Positions 45,101-49,702 of a stretch of DNA of 49,702 nt are shown piece by piece. Numbering within the stretch: the stretch's first letter is position 1; every line of letters begins with the position of its first letter. The notes beneath the pieces were generated by a model, which was not told the DNA's origin, searched no databases, and saw nothing but the letters and a program-made list of their open reading frames with translations. This DNA comes from a virus. Its lineage: Duplodnaviria; Caudoviricetes. The stretch covers positions 1-49,702 of the IMG/VR virus record IMGVR_UViG_3300043765_000026; one strand, 5' to 3'. Position numbers and translations under genes: made by a program.

Positions 45101-48100
45101 CGATCCACCGCGTGGCGCGCGAGATCGCCGGCGACTTTGAGGGCGACCTGTCGCGGCCGGGGGCCAAGCCGCCGGCCTCGGACTACCGCCGCGGCTACTT
45201 CATCGGTGACGGCACCGGCGTTGGCAAGGGGCGCGAGATCGGCTCGGTGTTTCTCGACAACATGATGCAGGGCCGCAAGAAGGGTCTGTGGGTCTCGGAA
45301 AAGCGCCCGCTCCTCAACGACGCGCAGCGCGACTGGTCGGGTCTGGGGCGCAAGGCCAAGGAGGTTTTCCCGATCTGGAACACCAAGCCGGGCGACGATA
45401 TCGCGGTCAAGGAAGGGATCGGCTTTATCAACTACGACAGTTTGAAATCGGCCGAACAGAAACCGACCGAGCGGGCGGTCGTCAAATACGACGGCACCCC
45501 GAACGAGGTCGACATCCTCGGCAAGACGCCGGACGGCAAGTTCCGGGTGCGGCGCTATGAGGGCGACCCGGAACGGATCGTCGATCCCAAGGAGGTGAAG
45601 GTCATCAAGGAGCCGGGGCAGACCCGGGTCGAGCAGATCGTCAAGTGGCTGGGGAAGGACTTCGACGGGGTCATCGCCTTCGACGAGAGCCACAACATGG
45701 GCAACTCGACGCAGGAGAAGGACGGCCAGGGACGCAAGAAGAACGCGGCGGCGAAAGCGGTTGCCGCGGTGGCGCTGCAGGATGCGCTCCCCAAGGCGCG
45801 GGTGCTCTACGTCTCGGCGACCGGCGCCACCGAAGTGAAGAACCTCGCCTACATGAAGCGCCTGGGTCTGTGGGGGCCGGGCACCGCGTTCCCCAACCTG
45901 ACGAGCTTTCAGACGCAGATCGAGGCCGGCGGCATCGCGGCGATGGAGCTCGTCTCGCGCGACATGAAGGCGATGGGGTCCTACATCGCCCGCAACCTCT
46001 CCTATGACGGCGTCGACTACGACCGGGTCGAGCACAAACTCAGCCCCGACGAGATAGAAGGCTACGACAAGATGGCCGAGGGCTGGCAGAAGGTGCTCAA
46101 CAACATGAACGCCGCGCTGGCGATCACCGGCCAGAGCAACGTCAAGCACATCAAGTCCAGCATCAACGCCCAGTTCTGGGGCGGGCACCAGCGGTTCTTC
46201 AACCAGGTCATCACCTCGATCCAGATGCCCAGCGTGCTCGAGGCCATCCGAAAAGACCTGGCGGAGGGGAAGCAGGTCGTCTGCCAGCTGGTCAACACCA
46301 ACGAGGCGACGGCGAAGCGCAAGCTGGCGGCGCAGGACAAGGACGAGGAACTGGAGGAGCTCGACCTGTCGCCGATGGACCAGTTGACCGAACTGGTCGA
46401 CAAGGCGTTCCCGACGCAGAAGTACGAAATGAGGGTCGACCCGGACGGCAACGAATACTGGGTGCCGGTCTTCGACAGCGAGGGCAACCCGGTCGAGGAT
46501 CCCAAGGCGGTGGCGCTGAAGAAGCAGCTTATGAGCGAACTGGAGCTCTTGCGCCACGTCGTGCCCTATGGGCCGCTCGACCTCTTGATGAATGCCTTCG
46601 GTCCCGATCAGGTCGCCGAGGTGACGGGGCGCACCCAGCGCCTGGTCTACCGGAAGGACGAGCGCGGCGAGCGGGTGAAGGTGCTGGAGCGCCGTTCGGG
46701 TTCGGCCAATGTCAACGAGGCCAACGACTTCCAGAACGGCAAGAAGAAGATCCTGGTGTTCTCCCAGGCCGGCGGCACCGGGCGCTCGTACCACGCCGAC
46801 AATACCGCGCCCAGCAAGGGCGCGCGGCGCTCGCACTACCTCTTGCAGGCCGGCTGGCGGGCCGATGCGGCGATCCAGGGGTTCGGGCGCACCCACCGCA
46901 CCAACCAAGCCTCGGAGCCGATCTTCCACCTGGTGACGACCGACCTCTCGGGGCAGAAGCGGTTTATTTCCTCGATCGCCCGCAGGCTCTCGCAACTGGG
47001 GGCGCTCACCAAGGGCGAGCGCCGTGCCGGCGAGAGCGGCATGTTCTCCTCCAACGACAACCTCGAGAGCCCGGAAGCGATCGCCGGCCTCCACAACTTC
47101 TTCCGCGACCTCTACCTGGGCGACATCGAGGGGATGAAGATCGGCGAGTTTGAACAGGCGACCGGGCTGCAACTGCGCGACAGCAGCGGCGGCCTCTTAA
47201 AGAATACGCCCGACATCCGGCAGTTCCTCAACCGCCTCCTGTCACTGAAGTTCAACCAGCAGAACACGGTCTTCGCGCATTTTGAGAAGCGCTTGCTCGA
47301 CGCCAACGAGAACGCGGCGGCGAAGGGCACACTGGATGCCGGCACCGAGACGCTGAGGGGCGACCGCATCGATAAGGACGAGGAGCGCACCGTCTATACC
47401 GATCCCGCGAGCGGCGCCGAGACCAAGTACGTGCGCTTGAAGGTATCCAAGAAATCCAACCCGATTGCGTTCGACGACGTTCATGCCGGGCGGCGCATGA
47501 CGCGCGGTGAAGTGCCGCACATGTTTATCCGCGACAAGCAGACGGGGAGCGTCTTCGCCGTCACCGCCGGCCCGGATGGCGCGGACGAGAAGACCGGTAA
47601 CAAGGTGCCGCAGTACCGGCTCACTGACCAGACCCACAACCTGTTGCGGCCCCGCCAGAACATCGACGGGGTACAAGGGCGCCAGCGCTACGAGCGGATC
47701 GAAGGAACCGGTTTGGCGCTCCCGGGGTCTTCGGAGGTGGCCCGGGCGCGTGAGTGGTGGGACGAAGCGCTGACGAAGGTGCCGGAGTACGAAACCCGGG
47801 ATCACCACCTGATCACCGGCGCGATCCTGCCGATCTGGGACCGGCTCGGCGGCGCGACCAAGGTGCTGCGCACCCAGGTCACCGACACCGGCGAGCGCAT
47901 CCTGGGGCGCTCGGTGGAAGAGGGGAAGATCCGCGAGACGCTGACGAACCTGGGCGCCGACGACGCGATGAAGCAGTACACGCCGGAAGAGGCGGCGCAG
48001 CGGATCATGGGCGAGGGCGCGGTCGCCCAGTTGGCGAACGAGTGGCGTATCCGCCGGGCGCGGGTCGGCGGCGAGAACCGCATGGAGTTGCTGGCGACCG

Positions 48101-49702
48101 GCAGCGCCGCGTGGACGATGCGCGAAGAGTTCAAGGCGATGGGCCTCTACCAGGAGGGTTCGCGCTGGTACATCCCGACCGGCGCCACCCAGGTGCCGGT
48201 GCTGACCCGGTTGCTGCAGCGCCGGCCGATTGTCGACATCACCACCCCGGCGGAAATGGCCTCGCGTCAGAGCGAGGAGCTCGGCGAGCCGCAGGACCTG
48301 GCGTCGCGCAAGGTGCTGCCGACCGACGACCCGGCCATGATCGCGATCATGCAGCAACTGTCGGCGATCACCGGCGGCCAGTACCGCGACATGCGGCGAT
48401 CCTACAAGAACTACGCCGCAACCCGTGGCGACACCAGCGGCCACGCCACGGCGCGGCAGTGGGTGATGAACAGGGGCGAGGCGACCGGCAACGAGCACTA
48501 CGTCGCGCTCGACCAGCAGGGCAACATCCACGGCGCCGGCACCACCGGCAAGTTCGACGCGATCACGTTGCCCGAAAACCTCTCGCAGAAGATGCGCTTT
48601 GGCAGTGTGCCGATCGACATCATCCACAACCACCCGACCGATGTGCCGATCAGCGACGTCGACCTGACGCTCCTGCCGAACCCGAGTACCCGCAGCATTT
48701 CGTCCCACTCGCCGTCGGGCAAAATGGACACGGCGCGGATCGCGCCCTTTGGCCGGCAGTATTTCGGCGCGATGCCGCTCGAGACCGCGCAGAAGACGAT
48801 GAAGGCGCTGGCTAACCAGGCGGAAAAGTCTGTCGCCCCCGTGATCCGGCGGCTGATCCGGCAGAAGAAGGTCACCTGGCTCGAGGGCAACGAGCTTCTC
48901 TTCGACATGCAGAACCGGGTGCTGGACGCGGCCGGTCTGATCGACTACGAGACGTCGCGGACGCTCGACCCGAAGCTCTATCCCCACCTTCGGAATGCGA
49001 CCAAGGCGATCCTGCAGAAGATCGGCCAGGGCGCGCAGTTTTCATGGAACGTTAACGATCCGCAGGGCCTCAAGAAGGTCTGGGATGCAGAGGATAGGCT
49101 GAGCGATGCACTTAATCACTCCACCCGGACCGTTCTCCCCGACGCGCAGCTTGCTCGACTTTCTCAAGCGGATGAAGGCAATCCCCCCGGAAGAGCAGGA
49201 CCTGCAGGTCCGAATGGCGATCGAGACCGTGGAGCGGCGCCTGCAGGAGCCGGAACACCAAGTAGCCTTGCGGCAAGGGCGTCTGACGAGCTAGGCGACG
49301 CCGCCGCTCCCGGCGACGACCCGCTCGACGAGGGCACCCGCGAGACGATCCGCGCGGCCTTGGGCGAGGGCCCGCCCGGCGGCGCCGGCTGGACGCGCGA
49401 GTTCTTCGACATGATGGGCATCCCGCCGGAGGGTGCCGGCGCGCAGGGGCGCGACTTCAACATCATCAACAAGGACTTCACCACCCCGCAGACCTGGGGC
49501 GCGATCGATCCGCTGTCGACACCGAAATTCCGGGCCGAGCTCGCCAAGTTTCGCGACGCCAAGGCGCTCGCCTACAAGTACCTGCAGGAGGGGCTCGCCA
49601 GCTGGCAGGGCAAGGACCCGGCGCTGTGGAACAAGCTCTTCTCGGCGATGGAGCTCCTGACGCTCGACGGCACCGAGGTGCCGCTGGACGGGCGCGCGGT
49701 CA
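39199..49702 (+). CDS. Giant polyvalent virion-associated protein (>3500 aa, 3'-truncated): ART-like, InPase-like, N6-adenine MTase, strawberry-notch SF2 helicase, JAB-like
   Basis: ATG 39199; no frame-1 stop in the stretches translated, and no frame-1 ORF in the track after this point. Motifs: RLYRG..WFTTD..A.GYG..E (~41640-41850); DYGEI..T.GADGDKVD..FDEHKVMLGF (~42740-43120); QQFSTP..EPSAGTG..MNPPF (~43520-44110); GDGTGVGKG, DESH, SATG, QGFGRTHR (~44670-47450); E..HNHP..S..D (~48490-48720). Confidence 0.92.
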   Translation, partial: MPPLDNTPSQDPDALPAGFEPIPAPPPAPAPAPTHSDLPAGFEPLPGAAPAPAPADQGPLILVPGETDAQGNVIKQGTTNDEIYAAQKAGRKVLRPGDTEPLEPVPPKPDDIVKQQGWDLSGYQKPPEPPGVISEFGQALKKGAVGSLTATGKAVTGQAFTDQPAGAKPPPQDPVDKLLNTPITEGWSDPHWWITHIGYGAGGMAVPGAAAAAGFAIGGPLGGFAGAALGTGIQELWPAYQQARAEGLPHDQAVDRAIGDSGIAGVTGGLMQAIPGMSFFGRDAVGALRRPISEALSRLFAAQPAVAVAGEAATQATHGKLITPEQAAETAATTVGGALPFEAAHMLRPGERPPARATGAPPPGAPGAPPAAPGAAPAPAGGPPAAPPGGAAPAAPAPGAPPAPGDVIHLPMARGVVQPMTVESVTPEGYVNLRDPDGNIHTMTADDIAARQQPPPGAPPPAAPAGPTAPAEPPPTAPGAPGGAAVAPPVAPPTAPPTVAPPEPTPRPPGPEGAQPPPTANETLQGIGAAEAGAAQGRPPPPAAQETAAAESELGAQAQPTQRPPEPTPRPAAPTAPPTAPAAEPAAERPPSQPPAAPAQPPIQPSEVPANVFGGDLHNALQRVFGQDPALPSVSLHDQGFAPDEVTALQRAGMANPDGTMTRDQFGQYQQEIAARQEAGRKAWEERQKQAEPPTPTHEEPSEPGVPETMKNLPDFMRDRVGQDYQRAAQHLLVDPIRDAGERGLTAQETVAELGTKLDPIRQQAQAQGWDGDAAAYNLVRSVRAYLGIEHLIPSAVPGAKPPEAPPAEPQQKMRLYRGIGGGPSGEGAPDGGWFTTDPTKAAGYGKVHYIDVDRDDLKHFAQGHGGPDEYFTDNKEIINRSRPLEEAAPTPPAPREDEVDAERKKLPEGWKIDYRPDEGYRLVRPDGTIETNGPSAVGMSEIAHEAAGTTPIPPVTVSNLPPEPKGPPTPEEIHRVAELAFGAHRHGGADAARVVFDEARKQGWPPEALDQLRELFARRLEDAGVDWKDAQDEAGTRPGTPTHEAPPAHPNTPVVTEETHTKTGQQIYVVRFPKGKPSIDGMGPQARGLGGYWSAYQGRGMKPGWIFKARDAADRFAAWATERLGAPPGAPEAPVAPPEPTPPAPEAPVGPETLTAPQQIAQDVAAARAQLLANPTGPKPQVMFHGVDLRMENAIGSTRSGTGENGVPWSVQMPADYGEINRTKGADGDKVDAYLGPDYTSQKVFVVDQKNLDGSFDEHKVMLGFPDWPSAQRTYLAGFSDGSGDARLGNFTPMNIDRFKDWLEKGDTTAATEPQIPPTDRPHVDVPRGTQARLPQHRIADWVETQLGRIRPEGEAAFTAPRLLEIAEREYGSPLSEGKFTRPDIYDAMELGVNQYIRTHAIDYRPVFEAPTEKMIVGALEKLKLELPTQTVRDAEKEQMQQFSTPPDYAHVAAWVANIGRGDKVMEPSAGTGSLVVPAMNASPAAMYVNEYSSRRQPLVESLNPTGAWHENAEHLHAILPEDVKPTVVVMNPPFSQAGERLQGRRDLDIGATHVEQALERLEPGGRLVAIVGRGMGENLPQEGGFNAPTGRHFADWWRRIKSQYDVRANIGIPGEVYGKYGTAFGTRLLVIDKNAPSGRPTVIEEARNLYDAIDKLAGVRNERQPLARAPGEQVAGQPPGPGAAPGGGGAPGTVPPLPGPTPGGGVRGGAPGAGPGEPVLGGTKEPGVPTVRPPTEPGEGGPVAPGEPGGGGPSPAEQLDGAPPGDGVDLAPGGSAPNGSVLRPPGSAGSILPGPGRPPPLDEPPPVAATLDQVAADPAGALTEEVYEPYKPQRIRVAGAKEHPGKLVQSAAMASVLPPPVDYKVRIPQMLIDTGALSEAQLEATTYAGAAHEQMLTQGVEVERVPLPDRQQYIIDEFKDGENKPYGMGWMLQYSLGTWMAKTPPGTEPYREFRPQGNDIWSREQAIHRVAREIAGDFEGDLSRPGAKPPASDYRRGYFIGDGTGVGKGREIGSVFLDNMMQGRKKGLWVSEKRPLLNDAQRDWSGLGRKAKEVFPIWNTKPGDDIAVKEGIGFINYDSLKSAEQKPTERAVVKYDGTPNEVDILGKTPDGKFRVRRYEGDPERIVDPKEVKVIKEPGQTRVEQIVKWLGKDFDGVIAFDESHNMGNSTQEKDGQGRKKNAAAKAVAAVALQDALPKARVLYVSATGATEVKNLAYMKRLGLWGPGTAFPNLTSFQTQIEAGGIAAMELVSRDMKAMGSYIARNLSYDGVDYDRVEHKLSPDEIEGYDKMAEGWQKVLNNMNAALAITGQSNVKHIKSSINAQFWGGHQRFFNQVITSIQMPSVLEAIRKDLAEGKQVVCQLVNTNEATAKRKLAAQDKDEELEELDLSPMDQLTELVDKAFPTQKYEMRVDPDGNEYWVPVFDSEGNPVEDPKAVALKKQLMSELELLRHVVPYGPLDLLMNAFGPDQVAEVTGRTQRLVYRKDERGERVKVLERRSGSANVNEANDFQNGKKKILVFSQAGGTGRSYHADNTAPSKGARRSHYLLQAGWRADAAIQGFGRTHRTNQASEPIFHLVTTDLSGQKRFISSIARRLSQLGALTKGERRAGESGMFSSNDNLESPEAIAGLHNFFRDLYLGDIEGMKIGEFEQATGLQLRDSSGGLLKNTPDIRQFLNRLLSLKFNQQNTVFAHFEKRLLDANENAAAKGTLDAGTETLRGDRIDKDEERTVYTDPASGAETKYVRLKVSKKSNPIAFDDVHAGRRMTRGEVPHMFIRDKQTGSVFAVTAGPDGADEKTGNKVPQYRLTDQTHNLLRPRQNIDGVQGRQRYERIEGTGLALPGSSEVARAREWWDEALTKVPEYETRDHHLITGAILPIWDRLGGATKVLRTQVTDTGERILGRSVEEGKIRETLTNLGADDAMKQYTPEEAAQRIMGEGAVAQLANEWRIRRARVGGENRMELLATGSAAWTMREEFKAMGLYQEGSRWYIPTGATQVPVLTRLLQRRPIVDITTPAEMASRQSEELGEPQDLASRKVLPTDDPAMIAIMQQLSAITGGQYRDMRRSYKNYAATRGDTSGHATARQWVMNRGEATGNEHYVALDQQGNIHGAGTTGKFDAITLPENLSQKMRFGSVPIDIIHNHPTDVPISDVDLTLLPNPSTRSISSHSPSGKMDTARIAPFGRQYFGAMPLETAQKTMKALANQAEKSVAPVIRRLIRQKKVTWLEGNELLFDMQNRVLDAAGLIDYETSRTLDPKLYPHLRNATKAILQKIGQGAQFSWNVNDPQGLKKVWDAEDRLSDALNHSTRTVLPDAQLARLSQADEGNPPGRAGPAGPNGDRDRGAAPAGAGTPSSLAARASDELGDAAAPGDDPLDEGTRETIRAALGEGPPGGAGWTREFFDMMGIPPEGAGAQGRDFNIINKDFTTPQTWGAIDPLSTPKFRAELAKFRDAKALAYKYLQEGLASWQGKDPALWNKLFSAMELLTLDGTEVPLDGRAV
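43176..43191. promoter_or_regulatory. Canonical-type parS palindrome TGTTCCACGTGGAACA
   Basis: Perfect 16-bp palindrome matching the chromosomal parS consensus; lies in an interdomain linker. Confidence 0.75.
44186..44608 (+). CDS. 140-aa helical protein overprinted (+1 frame) inside the giant ORF
   Basis: SD GTGAGGA next to the ATG; GC-rich third positions move to this frame while the host frame becomes a Pro/Gly linker with A/T-ending codons. Confidence 0.75.
   Translation: MSDSRLQELPVNRWPVNRLALARLLEAGERPEPYLPYLVQLLVAGFEAELPVPGQGNQFWAELKNQAYQLCDPQLNPVRVVRWLLGNPEAGDLAQQSNSTAHLLETALTWRQAAQRLMEVFYDRQAAQDPYFQVPAVPHH
49106..49294 (+). CDS. 62-aa helical protein overprinted (+1 frame) inside the giant ORF
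   Basis: GAGGATAGG upstream of the ATG; same local switch of codon bias; amphipathic helices. Confidence 0.7.
   Translation: MHLITPPGPFSPTRSLLDFLKRMKAIPPEEQDLQVRMAIETVERRLQEPEHQVALRQGRLTS

Noticed and set aside
39223-48987. Long minus-strand ORFs (e.g. 39223-41571, 44605-47172, 47242-48987; likewise 35322-37427, 21902-23566, 8040-9368)
   Set aside because: Antisense shadows of GC3-biased + strand genes; Arg/Ala/Gly-rich with no motifs
1-49702. tRNA/rRNA genes, integrase, lysis cassette, inteins/introns, stop-codon reassignment
   Set aside because: None recognisable by eye; core genes are intact under the standard code and all three stop codons terminate genes

Overview
This window is the packaging, head, tail and ejection region of a GC-rich tailed dsDNA phage with a podovirus-like layout (no tape measure or sheath seen). 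All credible genes are on the + strand. The order is terS, about 3.9 kb of small G/T-rich ORFs, terL, portal, a GroES-like co-chaperonin, probable scaffold, capsid, adaptor, two tail-fibre-type genes, nozzle, a GNAT-like gene, a GH16 cassette and a 2134-aa internal virion protein. A giant ORF missing from the supplied track then starts at 39199 and stays open to the window end (>3500 aa). It is a polyvalent protein with ART-like, inorganic pyrophosphatase-like, N6-adenine MTase, strawberry-notch helicase and JAB-like domains. Main hidden signals: (1) two apparently real genes overprinted in the +1 frame inside the giant ORF, each just after an enzymatic domain; (2) a -1 frameshift signal (C CCG GGG UAG plus stem-loop/pseudoknot) joining 18857-19294 to the next frame; (3) dispersed parS-like palindromes; (4) a recurrent x-x-G-G motif in five putative virion proteins; (5) a shared CACAGGA-N8-AT-rich promoter-like motif. 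Family calls come from reading motifs by eye, not from database searches.
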